Assembly (NCBI GenBank): GCA_964458685.1
Contig: CAYWNG010000002.1
Coordinates: forward strand, 1-32,401
DNA length: 32,401 bases
Origin: an uncultured Pirellulaceae bacterium
Lineage (GTDB): Bacteria > Planctomycetota > Planctomycetia > Pirellulales > Pirellulaceae
Direction of reading: 5' to 3'
Shown here: positions 18,396-27,328 of the stretch, in pieces
Layout of the letters: each line of letters begins with the position of its first letter
How positions within the stretch are numbered: the stretch's first letter is position 1
Translations under genes and position numbers: made by a program
Notes under the pieces: model-generated
The model's input: the letters and a program-made list of their open reading frames with translations, nothing else
What the model was told of the DNA's origin: nothing
Database searches by the model: none

Positions 18396-18434
18396 TCAAG
18401 TTTACATCTGTTCTTCATCAAATCGTGATGATGC
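18391..18434 (+). promoter_or_regulatory. Pho-box-like 11-bp-phased array upstream of the phosphoesterase
   Basis: CTTAATCAAGT TTACATCTGTT CTTCATCAAAT CGTGATGATGC. TCTTCATCAAATC (18412-18424) is identical to 15100-15112. Confidence 0.62.
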
Positions 18435-18518
18435 AACATTACCATGCGCCCGTCGCGAAACGAAAATTCCGGACGACCTCACTGACATCACAGAATACAG
18501 CGATCCTAGGAGCGAACG

Positions 18519-19982
18519 ATGGTTTGGAAGAAAGTGGCCTTACTGGCACTACCCGTTTTGAATACTCTTGCAACTATCGAACTGGCTCAGTGCCAAGACG
18601 TTGTGAAAGATGCTACACGACCTGTAGTGGCGCCGGTTCGGTCTGTACCGCCGAGCGAACGATACGCCCCAACGACAAATCCCGATAGAATCGTGCTGGG
18701 GTGGTCCAGTGATCCAAAAACAACTCAGTCTGTTAACTGGCGCACCAGCGTCGAAGTGGTGAAAGGGCTAGCAGAGTTCGTTAAGTCGAGCAGCGATCCT
18801 GCGTTTTCCGAGAAGGCAACGCAAGTCGTCGCAACCTCGGAGGCTCTGAAGTCCGACCTGAGCACAGCACACTATCACAGCGCAACATTCAAAGGCCTGG
18901 AGCCCGATTCTGTCTACGCCTATCGCGTAGGTGACGGAACGAACTGGAGCGAGTGGTTTCATTTTCGAACTGCATCAGCCAACGATTCGCCCTTTTCGTT
19001 CATCTACTTTGGCGATGCTCAGAACGACATTCGATCTAAGTGGTCTCGAGTCATTCGCGAAGCTTATCGCGATGCACCGGAATCGGCCTTCATGCTTCAT
19101 GCTGGAGATTTGATCAACAACGCTGAAACCGACATGGAATGGGGAGAGTGGTTTGGAGCTGGAGCTTGGCTGAACGCCATGATTCCAAGTATCGCCGTAC
19201 CAGGGAACCATGAGATGGCCAAGCTTGAGGATAACAAACGCCGCTTGTCACACCATTTCCGTCCCTCCTTCACCCAGCCGACTAATGGCCCCGATGGACT
19301 TGAAGAGACCTGCTTTACGTTGACGTACCACAACATGAGACTAATTGCTCTGAACAGCAATGAACGTCAGGCAGAACAAGCCATTTGGCTGGATAAAGTT
19401 CTGTCAGAGAATAAGTCGCAATGGGTCGTGTGTTCATTCCACCATCCCATCTATTCGACGGGCAAGGAGCGTGACAACGTCGAGTTGCGAGCCATGTGGA
19501 AGCCGATTTTCGACAAATACAAGGTTGACTTGGTGCTTACCGGCCATGATCACACCTACGGTCGAACAGGTTTTGATGTTCCACCAGTGACACCGGAAGC
19601 GATTGAGAAACTCGCTAACCAAAACAAAGCCAGCGTGTTTGCAGTTAGCGCACGAATCGGCGAGCAGAACGTGCCCACAGGCGTCCAGAATGTTGACTCG
19701 CAGACTGGGACAGTCTACGTCGTTTCGGTTAGCGGACCAAAGATGTACCAGCACAATCGTCAAGACTTCATGAAGCGTGTTGCTGAAGATACGCAACTTT
19801 ACCAGGTCATTCACATTGATGGCGGGACGTTGCGATTCGAAGCTCGAACAGCGATTGGCGAACTGTACGATGCTTTCGAGCTACGTAAGCGATCGGGTCA
19901 GATCAATGAACTCGTCGAGATCGATCCAGAGCTTCCTCAGCGACTACGGCCCGAGCTGCCCAAGAAGACTGCTGCTAAGTAG
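18519..19982 (+). CDS. Secreted FN3 + calcineurin-like metallophosphoesterase (purple acid phosphatase-related)
   Basis: Signal peptide; PAP-type N-domain (P..I.L.W, V.WRT, H......GL.P...Y.YRVG...WS....F.T); catalytic motifs GDAQ, GDLIN, PGNHE, FHHP, GHDH; AGGAG RBS. Confidence 0.9.
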   Translation: MVWKKVALLALPVLNTLATIELAQCQDVVKDATRPVVAPVRSVPPSERYAPTTNPDRIVLGWSSDPKTTQSVNWRTSVEVVKGLAEFVKSSSDPAFSEKATQVVATSEALKSDLSTAHYHSATFKGLEPDSVYAYRVGDGTNWSEWFHFRTASANDSPFSFIYFGDAQNDIRSKWSRVIREAYRDAPESAFMLHAGDLINNAETDMEWGEWFGAGAWLNAMIPSIAVPGNHEMAKLEDNKRRLSHHFRPSFTQPTNGPDGLEETCFTLTYHNMRLIALNSNERQAEQAIWLDKVLSENKSQWVVCSFHHPIYSTGKERDNVELRAMWKPIFDKYKVDLVLTGHDHTYGRTGFDVPPVTPEAIEKLANQNKASVFAVSARIGEQNVPTGVQNVDSQTGTVYVVSVSGPKMYQHNRQDFMKRVAEDTQLYQVIHIDGGTLRFEARTAIGELYDAFELRKRSGQINELVEIDPELPQRLRPELPKKTAAK

Positions 19983-20029
19983 TCTGTGTTGCGTCACTAA
20001 GGAAAGTAGCTTTACCGGAGATTGTTCGA

Positions 20030-20749
20030 ATGATGTGGAAGAGCTTGCTAGTCGTGTTGTTCTTAAGCCCTGTCTTGAGCGTCGCTAACGCAGACGAACC
20101 ATCGAAGGAGCAGACTGCTGCGACAGAGATTTCGTTCCAGCACGGAGTGAACGGGTATCAAGGTACGGTTGACACTGAGATTTGGGCCTTAGCAACCAAG
20201 ACGATTCTCGATGAGAATCCGAATGCCTCTAGCGATGCCAACAATGATGGTGGTGAGAGCCAAGTGTTGATGCGCTTTGATGGGATATTTGGTGATGGTC
20301 CAAGACAGATTCCCAAAGGATCAACGATCGTATCGGCTAAGCTCGTGGTGGCCGCTTTCGACCAGGGCTCGACAGTTAACTTGCATCGCATGCTGGTGCC
20401 CTTCGGTAAGCACTCAACATGGGATAGTTTGATCTCTGGTGTTTCAGCCGATGGCTTCGAAGCCTCGCGACACAAAGATGGTTTTACCTTTGGCAAGATT
20501 GCTGCAAGCACTTCGGGAGCTGTCTTTGATGTAACGGACACTCTTCAGATCTGGTCCAACGGTAAACCGAATCATGGTTGGGTATTTCTAAACACTGGCG
20601 GTAACGGTTGGGATTTCTACACGGCGGAATTCGACAAGATCGAACAACGTCCCAAGCTGACTGTCAAGTTCTTACCACCAAAGTCACAAGTCGAGAAGCT
20701 TATCGTCAGCGAGACCAAGACAGTCACTTCTGTAGAGGTCAATCAATAG
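20030..20749 (+). CDS. Secreted stand-alone DNRLRE-domain protein
   Basis: Signal peptide (ANA|D); FQ.G.NGY.GTVDT.I, L.RFD.IFG....QIP.G.TI.SA.L, FDVT..LQ.W.....NHGW and RPKL.V, the DNRLRE-type pattern. Confidence 0.7.
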   Translation: MMWKSLLVVLFLSPVLSVANADEPSKEQTAATEISFQHGVNGYQGTVDTEIWALATKTILDENPNASSDANNDGGESQVLMRFDGIFGDGPRQIPKGSTIVSAKLVVAAFDQGSTVNLHRMLVPFGKHSTWDSLISGVSADGFEASRHKDGFTFGKIAASTSGAVFDVTDTLQIWSNGKPNHGWVFLNTGGNGWDFYTAEFDKIEQRPKLTVKFLPPKSQVEKLIVSETKTVTSVEVNQ

Positions 20750-20819
20750 CTGGACTTGTTGGTCGATCGGGAACAAATCGGGTTGAGTAGGATTTCATCA
20801 CTAGCGTTGCGAGGGAATT

Positions 20820-22184
20820 ATGAACAGTCAGTTGCGTACCGAACACGATCCAAGAACTTGGCATGCTGATCCAGCGCACTTTCGGCCGCGTCGCCGCGAC
20901 CTGTTTCGCGTTGGCTGGCTAGGTGGCCTTGGACTGACTCTTGGCGATTACTTTCATCTCCAAGCTCAAGCCTCAGGCAATCGCAAACAACCCACCGCTA
21001 AGAATGTGATTCATATCTACTTGCAAGGTGGATTTGCGCACATGGATAGCTTTGATCCCAAGCCCGACGCGCCTCTTGAGTATCGAGGAATTCTCGAACC
21101 GATCTCTACTAGCCTGCCTGGTGTTTACTTTAGTAGCCACATGCAGTCTACGGCTAAGATTGCTGACAAGATTACTGTAGTTCGTAGCATGACTCACACC
21201 GAAGTTGATCATAGTCGCGGCGAGCACAGTATGTTCACCGGCTATCGACCAAGTCCCGCACTGGTCTATCCAAGTGTTGGTAGCGTCGTTGCGCACGAGC
21301 TTGGCCCCCGCGGCGCAATGCCTCCTTATGTAGTTGTTCCAACCGCCGGAAGCCAATTCTCGGGCAGCGGTTACCTGAGCAATGCGTATGGTCCATTCGC
21401 TTTAGGTGGTGACCCCGCGCGACGAGGCTTCGCTGTGCGCGACCTGAGCCTTCCTGAAGGTGTAGACGATGTGAGATTTGAACGTCGCAAGTCGTGGAAG
21501 TCGATGGTCGATCAGCACTTCGACTCTATCGAAAAAGACGACAAACTGGACACGATGGATTCCTTCTATTCGCGAGCCTACGAACTCTTGGCATCGAAAG
21601 AATCTAAGGAAGCCTTTAGCTTAAACGGCGAAAGCGAACAAACAAAGCAGCTCTACGGAATGGAACCTTGGGGGCCAATTCTTCGTCCTTCGGCGGGAGC
21701 ACGCCTGCTGATCGCTCGTCGCTTAGTCGAAGCCGGTACAAGGTTTGTAACAGTGACCTACGGTGCTTGGGATACCCACGCATATCACTACCGCGGCATT
21801 GAAACGCAGTTGCCGGATTTGGATCGCGCTTTCGCAGGCTTGATCACCGATCTGGAACAACGCGGCTTACTCGATTCAACCCTAGTTCTAATCACAAGCG
21901 AGTTTGGCCGCACACCGCGCGTGAACGCTGGCGGTGGACGAGACCACTGGCCACGCGTCTTCAGCATTGTCATGGCTGGCGGTGGAGTCAAGCGAGGCTA
22001 CATCCATGGAGCTTCAGATTCCTTAGCGGCTGAACCCGCCGACAATGCCTTGGGTATCGAAGACTACGCAACGACGATCTATCACCTTCTGGGCATTGAT
22101 GCAAGCAAGCAGTTGATGTCCCCTGGTGATCGGCCTCAGGCAATTGTCATGAATGGACAGGTACAACGCGACTTGCTTGCCTAA
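20820..22184 (+). CDS. DUF1501 family protein with a Tat-like leader
   Basis: RRRDLFRVG..G.LGL.L leader, VI.IYLQGG..H.DSFDPKP, ARRLVEAG.RFV, WDTH, DL..RGLLD.TLV...SEFGRTP..N...GRDHWP, AGGG. Confidence 0.93.
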   Translation: MNSQLRTEHDPRTWHADPAHFRPRRRDLFRVGWLGGLGLTLGDYFHLQAQASGNRKQPTAKNVIHIYLQGGFAHMDSFDPKPDAPLEYRGILEPISTSLPGVYFSSHMQSTAKIADKITVVRSMTHTEVDHSRGEHSMFTGYRPSPALVYPSVGSVVAHELGPRGAMPPYVVVPTAGSQFSGSGYLSNAYGPFALGGDPARRGFAVRDLSLPEGVDDVRFERRKSWKSMVDQHFDSIEKDDKLDTMDSFYSRAYELLASKESKEAFSLNGESEQTKQLYGMEPWGPILRPSAGARLLIARRLVEAGTRFVTVTYGAWDTHAYHYRGIETQLPDLDRAFAGLITDLEQRGLLDSTLVLITSEFGRTPRVNAGGGRDHWPRVFSIVMAGGGVKRGYIHGASDSLAAEPADNALGIEDYATTIYHLLGIDASKQLMSPGDRPQAIVMNGQVQRDLLA

Positions 22185-22195
22185 GTTCAAACACC

Positions 22196-22261
22196 AATCG
22201 AACGCATGAGCTTGTGAAGCCTGAGAAGTCATCGTGTTGATTCCAAGCTCATGCGTCGATT
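22196..22261 (+). other. Long intercistronic inverted repeat after DUF1501
   Basis: Perfect 13-bp arms ACGCATGAGCTTG (22202-22214) and CAAGCTCATGCGT (22244-22256), extended by AATCG/CGATT across a one-base bulge; 29-nt loop; no U-tract. Confidence 0.7.
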
Positions 22262-22268
22262 TGCTTGA

Positions 22269-24782
22269 GTGAATATCTATTCTGGTCTAACGCAATGGTT
22301 GTGTAACGTGAAGAACTTTCGACGAATCAATGATGTACTGGTTGTGATAGTAGTGATAACCGTAATGAACGGCGCACTACTCCAGGCCGCGCCGCCATCG
22401 GTCGAGTCCGTTTCGCCGCCGATGGTCAAGCTGGGTCGCTCGTCAGAGATTGAGATCATCGGGGCTGGCTTAAGTCGTGTCAGCGAAGTGGTGTTTTACT
22501 CTGCGGGAATTCGAGCTACGAAGTTCGAGCCAGTCGATGACTACAAGTTGCGCGTGACACTTGAGGTCGAAGATACTTGTTCAATCGCTAGCCATGCGTT
22601 CCGCCTAAGGGGCGACGGTGGCTTCTCCGAATTGCGAACGATCAGCACGAACCGCTTTCCTGTCCTGCGTGAGGGAGAGCGAGAGAGCGTTGATGCCGCA
22701 AAAAATGTTCCAACTGAGAACATTACGGTCTTGGGTACTCTTCAAAGCGGCGACTATGATCGCTACGTAGTCCGGCTCAAGCAGGGACAGCGCTGGACCG
22801 CTGAAGTTGCTGCGATGCGTTTGGGTGGCGAGTTGTTGGATACCGTCTTAACGGTTTTCGATTCGCATGGAAAGACTCTTTTAACCAGTGATGATGATTC
22901 ATTGCTGCGCCAAGACCCTAGCCTTACCTTTGAGGCGCCTGAAGATGGGTCTTATGTTTTCGAAATCCGCGAGAGCAATTACGGCGGTAGCAGTAACAGT
23001 CATTATGCTTTGCATCTAGGATCGTTTCCACCAACAGCCGTTGCCTTTCCCGCTGGAGGGCAGCTTGGTACAGGCTTGCAGATTCAGTTCCTTACGGGGC
23101 CATCGGACAGATCGAATTCACCAGCACGCAAGGTTTCACTGCCGACAGTGCCATCGAAGTTTCAATTGTTCGCTCACGATGAACAGCAGAGCTCGCCTTC
23201 GCCGGTTCCCTTCAGACTGTCCAGCTTTCCAAACGTCTTTGAAACGCAAGAGTCTCAGACAAGTCAAAATCCGTTAAGCACAGTCCCAATTGCCCTGAAT
23301 GGAATACTAGAGGCTAGTGGCGATGTCGATCGCTTCGACCTACAGATCGAAGCTGGGCAGTCAATCAAGATCGAGGCCTTTGCTGATAGAATTGGCTCTC
23401 CCATCGATACCTACTTGGAGCTATACGATGCTTCGGGGCGTCTGCTGGCTCAAAATGACGATTGGGATTCCCACGACAGTGCGATTGAATTTGCGTCGCC
23501 TGCTACAGGCACGTATGTCATTGCGATTCGCGACAAACTTCATCGAGGAACTCCACGCGGGGTTTATCGTATTGAGGCAACGCCGAACACTCCGTCACTG
23601 ACCACATTCTTGCCACGACCCGAACGGACTTCACAGCGACAACAGGTTGTTGCCATTCCGCAAGGCAATCGCGCTCTAGCCAAAGTCGCAGTACGTCGCG
23701 ACAACATCGAAGGAGCGGCTGAGCTTAGATTTGAAGATTTACCAGAAGGCGTACGAGCGACTCCCGTTTATGTTCCGGCAGATGAGTTTTGGGCCATCGC
23801 TATTCTCGAAGCTGAAGCAAATGCCCCAGTTGCTGGAAAGCTGTCTCAGCTTGTTGCTACGTCGCAGACCCACGACCAGCAAGTCGTGGGTGGCTTTAAT
23901 CAAGTGGTCGATCTGATCGCGGAATCGGCGGACCGACTCTACCAGGCGGCGTCGGTGGACAGATTGGCTGTGGCGGTAACAACTCCAGTTCCGTTCTCTA
24001 TCGAGCTAGAGCAATCGCAGACCGATCTCGCTGTGAATGGAACCATCGATCTCAAGATTCGGCTTAAGCGAAGTTCCAACTTCAACGGTGCGGTTCGCAT
24101 CGAGTTTCCCTTCTTGCCTGATGGTTGTTCCGGTGAGCCTTTCATAGTGATCGGCAGCGATCAGGAACATGCTGTATATCAGCTTGCGGCAACAAAAGAC
24201 GCAGCGAAGGGCGACTACCGATTGGCAGCTAATGCGATGGTGAGTCTTTCCGAGGGTAGGCAACGTACTGAAGAACGCGGTGGCAATGGATCACGCAGCA
24301 CTGCGAGGAATCAGGCTGAGCTCAACGAGCTGAAGGATCGTGAGGTTGCCTCCAACCTAATTGATTTGCACATCGGGCCGAATCCGATTGAAGGAGTGTT
24401 CTCTGGTCTGGCGGCCGAGCGAGGCGCTTCGGCTACCGTGAATTGTCAACTAAAGTTCAATGGCCCTGTGCCCCAAGAAATGGTTGCGCAGTTAGAAGGC
24501 TTGCCCAAGGGAGTCACTGCTCAATCACAAACCGTCATGACAAATCAAGATCGGACGAGCTTTGAATTATGCGTTTCCCCTCAAGCTCCAGTCGGTAAGT
24601 TCGCTGGCGTTGTCTGTCGACTGACTGGGCAACTGAATGGTTCGAATGTTAGCTATCTCGTTCCCTCAAGCAATCCACTCATAATCGCCGAACAAGGCAA
24701 GCTTCAACGCGCCGAAGACGGCAGTGTGCTCTCACCGCTCGAAGCATTAAGGAAAGAAAATGGCAAACAATCTCAAGACTGA
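22269..24782 (+). CDS. Secreted multi-PPC (pre-peptidase C-terminal)/Ig-like domain protein of the DUF1501 module
   Basis: Two PPC repeats (D.D.Y.....GQ.....V.A.RLG...D..L...D..G..L...DD; DVD.F....AGQ...IE..A.RIGS.ID..L.LYD..G..LA.NDD). No protease catalytic motif seen. The true start may lie downstream of GTG 22269. Confidence 0.85.
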   Translation: MNIYSGLTQWLCNVKNFRRINDVLVVIVVITVMNGALLQAAPPSVESVSPPMVKLGRSSEIEIIGAGLSRVSEVVFYSAGIRATKFEPVDDYKLRVTLEVEDTCSIASHAFRLRGDGGFSELRTISTNRFPVLREGERESVDAAKNVPTENITVLGTLQSGDYDRYVVRLKQGQRWTAEVAAMRLGGELLDTVLTVFDSHGKTLLTSDDDSLLRQDPSLTFEAPEDGSYVFEIRESNYGGSSNSHYALHLGSFPPTAVAFPAGGQLGTGLQIQFLTGPSDRSNSPARKVSLPTVPSKFQLFAHDEQQSSPSPVPFRLSSFPNVFETQESQTSQNPLSTVPIALNGILEASGDVDRFDLQIEAGQSIKIEAFADRIGSPIDTYLELYDASGRLLAQNDDWDSHDSAIEFASPATGTYVIAIRDKLHRGTPRGVYRIEATPNTPSLTTFLPRPERTSQRQQVVAIPQGNRALAKVAVRRDNIEGAAELRFEDLPEGVRATPVYVPADEFWAIAILEAEANAPVAGKLSQLVATSQTHDQQVVGGFNQVVDLIAESADRLYQAASVDRLAVAVTTPVPFSIELEQSQTDLAVNGTIDLKIRLKRSSNFNGAVRIEFPFLPDGCSGEPFIVIGSDQEHAVYQLAATKDAAKGDYRLAANAMVSLSEGRQRTEERGGNGSRSTARNQAELNELKDREVASNLIDLHIGPNPIEGVFSGLAAERGASATVNCQLKFNGPVPQEMVAQLEGLPKGVTAQSQTVMTNQDRTSFELCVSPQAPVGKFAGVVCRLTGQLNGSNVSYLVPSSNPLIIAEQGKLQRAEDGSVLSPLEALRKENGKQSQD

Positions 24783-27303
24783 GAAATCGCTGTGGGCACA
24801 GTCCGCAACAGTCGCTCTACTTTCACTGCTTACGATGATCGGTATCGCGACCGACAGCAGCGCTCAAGAGAGACTTCAAGAACGTGCGTTGAGCAAAGCG
24901 ATAACCACTTCTTCTCGCGAGAAGAACGCATCTGAGAAGAATACATCGAGCGCAACGGGAATTGTCTTGCTGCCGCCTACGATCGAAATGGCTCACCAGG
25001 GCGACCAGCAACGGGTTCAGTTGATCGCTCAACTTGCCGATGGAAGCATGTCCGATGTCACCGCAGATGCCGAGTTGAAGCTCGAGACATCTGATGCAGC
25101 AACGATTAAGGGCTCAGTCGTATACGCCGCGACGGGCGGTAAAGCTGAGTTGCGGGCGCAATGGAATGGATTATCAGCCACTTCAACAATTCGAGTTACC
25201 GAAGGTGCAGAAGCCCGACCGCTGCGTTTCAGAAATGATGTATTGCCTGTGCTTACAAAATCAGGCTGCAACGCTGGCAAGTGCCATGGTGCAGCATCGG
25301 GAAAAGACGGCTTTCAGTTGAGTCTTTATGGCTTTGATCCCGAGGGAGACTTCTATCGTCTGACTCGCGAGATGAGCGGTCGGCGTATCGACTTGGCTCA
25401 ACCAGAAAGTTGTTTGCTAGTCAACAAAGCCATTGGCGAAGTACCGCACACAGGTGGCGCTTGTATTACGCCAGGATCGACTGAGCATCGCGTACTGGTG
25501 ACTTGGATTGCTCGCGGCGCACGTCCCGATCCAGCGGGCGTTCCGTTGCCAGTTTCGATAGAGGTGTTTCCAAGGCAAATCGTTATGATGCAGCCAGCGA
25601 TGAAGCAAAGTCTAATTGTCGTGGCCAAGTATGACGACGGGAGTACGCGCGACGTAACGGACTTGGCGGTGTTCATTAGCAATAACGATGCTGTGGCAAC
25701 TGTGACGAATCAAGGAACGGTTGATGCTACAGGTCCTGGCAGCGGTTTTGTGATGGCTCGATTTGATCAGTTCACCGCGGGCACTTCGATAGTCGTTAGA
25801 AGCGGCAAGAGCTATCCCGAAATGCAGTTCGAACCCAACAACTACATCGACACTCTAGCGATGGCGCGCTGGAAGGACCTGCATGTTCTGCCTTCGCCAT
25901 TATGCAGCGATGAAGTGTTTCTGCGCCGCGTCTACTTGGATATCGCAGGGCGTCTCCCTTCGCTAGAACAGCAGCAGAGCTTTCTCAACAGCAACGCTCG
26001 AAACAAACGTGAATTATTGGTAGATGAATTGCTAGAGAGCAAAGACTATCTCGACATGTGGGCCATGCAACTAGCTGAGTTGCTGCAGATTCGAAATGCA
26101 AACGGTCTCTCAAGCAAGGGTTTGCAACTTTACGATGCTTGGCTCCGCGAAAAAGTTCACCAGGGTACTTCGGTGGATCAGATCTTGCGACAGTTGATTC
26201 CTGCCAGCGGTAGTACCTTCGAGAATCCAGCCACGACATACTATCAGACCGAGACAACGCCTCAGCTACTAGCCGAAAACATTGCCCAAGCATTCTTGGG
26301 AACTCGCATTCAATGTGCACAGTGTCATAACCACCCCTTCGATCGCTGGACCATGGATGACTACTATGGCTTCGCAGGTTTTGTGAGCCAAGTTGGATAC
26401 AAGCAAGCTAAGGATCCTCGCGAGATCACTGTTTACAACTTAGGCGAAGGCAGCTTGCAACATCCCGTGCCTGGACGAAAGGTCCAGCCAAAGTTTTTGG
26501 GCGGCCAGTTCGCTGAAACAGAGTCAGGGGCCGACTTGCGTGAAGCGCTAGCGATTTGGCTCACATCTTCAGAGAACAATGCCTTTACAAACAACATCGC
26601 CAACGTAGTTTGGGCGCATTACATCGGGCTAGGAATCGTCAATCCAGTCGATGACGTTCGTGTTAGCAATCCACCCAGCAATCCAGCACTATTGGATGCG
26701 ATGGGTCACAAGCTAGTAGAGTACAAATTCGACGTGAAGAAGCTAGTGAGAGATATCTGTTGTTCCAAAACGTACCAACTGGCGACTCAAACGACTGCTT
26801 GGAACGAGTGGGATGATCGAAACTTTAGCCACGCTAGAATTCGTCGCTTAAGAGCCGAAGTGCTGCTGGATTGCATCAGTCAAGTCACTGGTACGACGGA
26901 CAAGCTTGCTGGCTTACCACTGGGTGGTCGAGCGATAGAAGTGCCCAATGGCGATTCGAACAACTACTTTCTCTCAACCTTTGGTCGCGCGAGTCGCAAT
27001 ACGCCATGCAGTTGCGAGGTCAGTACAGCTCCCACGCTTTCGCAAGCGTTGCATCTACTCAATGGCGAGAATACGACTGCGAAGATCATCGATGGCGGTT
27101 GGATCGACCAGCAGTTTTCGAACGCTAGAAAACCACTTCAAGTGGCAAGCGACATCTATCTCACCTGTTTGACTCGATCTCCCACCGCGTCCGAGACGCA
27201 AGCGATCGAAACTAGGCTCGCGACGTCGTCCGATGTGAAAGCTGATCTGGTCGATCTGTTCTGGGCAGTGCTCAACTCCAATGAGTTTATTTTCAATCAC
27301 TAG
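24760..27303 (+). CDS. Ig-like (Big_2) + DUF1549 + DUF1553 planctomycete cytochrome-like protein
   Basis: Two DG...DVT Ig repeats, F.NDV.PVLTK.GCN.G.CHG...GK.GF.LSL, FLRR..LD..GRLP, FLG.RIQCAQCHNHPFDRWT.DDYY, PSNP.LLD, QALHL.NG, terminal DL.WA.LNS.EF.FNH; overlaps the upstream gene by 23 bp. Confidence 0.93.
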   Translation: MANNLKTEKSLWAQSATVALLSLLTMIGIATDSSAQERLQERALSKAITTSSREKNASEKNTSSATGIVLLPPTIEMAHQGDQQRVQLIAQLADGSMSDVTADAELKLETSDAATIKGSVVYAATGGKAELRAQWNGLSATSTIRVTEGAEARPLRFRNDVLPVLTKSGCNAGKCHGAASGKDGFQLSLYGFDPEGDFYRLTREMSGRRIDLAQPESCLLVNKAIGEVPHTGGACITPGSTEHRVLVTWIARGARPDPAGVPLPVSIEVFPRQIVMMQPAMKQSLIVVAKYDDGSTRDVTDLAVFISNNDAVATVTNQGTVDATGPGSGFVMARFDQFTAGTSIVVRSGKSYPEMQFEPNNYIDTLAMARWKDLHVLPSPLCSDEVFLRRVYLDIAGRLPSLEQQQSFLNSNARNKRELLVDELLESKDYLDMWAMQLAELLQIRNANGLSSKGLQLYDAWLREKVHQGTSVDQILRQLIPASGSTFENPATTYYQTETTPQLLAENIAQAFLGTRIQCAQCHNHPFDRWTMDDYYGFAGFVSQVGYKQAKDPREITVYNLGEGSLQHPVPGRKVQPKFLGGQFAETESGADLREALAIWLTSSENNAFTNNIANVVWAHYIGLGIVNPVDDVRVSNPPSNPALLDAMGHKLVEYKFDVKKLVRDICCSKTYQLATQTTAWNEWDDRNFSHARIRRLRAEVLLDCISQVTGTTDKLAGLPLGGRAIEVPNGDSNNYFLSTFGRASRNTPCSCEVSTAPTLSQALHLLNGENTTAKIIDGGWIDQQFSNARKPLQVASDIYLTCLTRSPTASETQAIETRLATSSDVKADLVDLFWAVLNSNEFIFNH

Positions 27304-27328
27304 CATCCTTAAGGCTAAATAGACTAAT

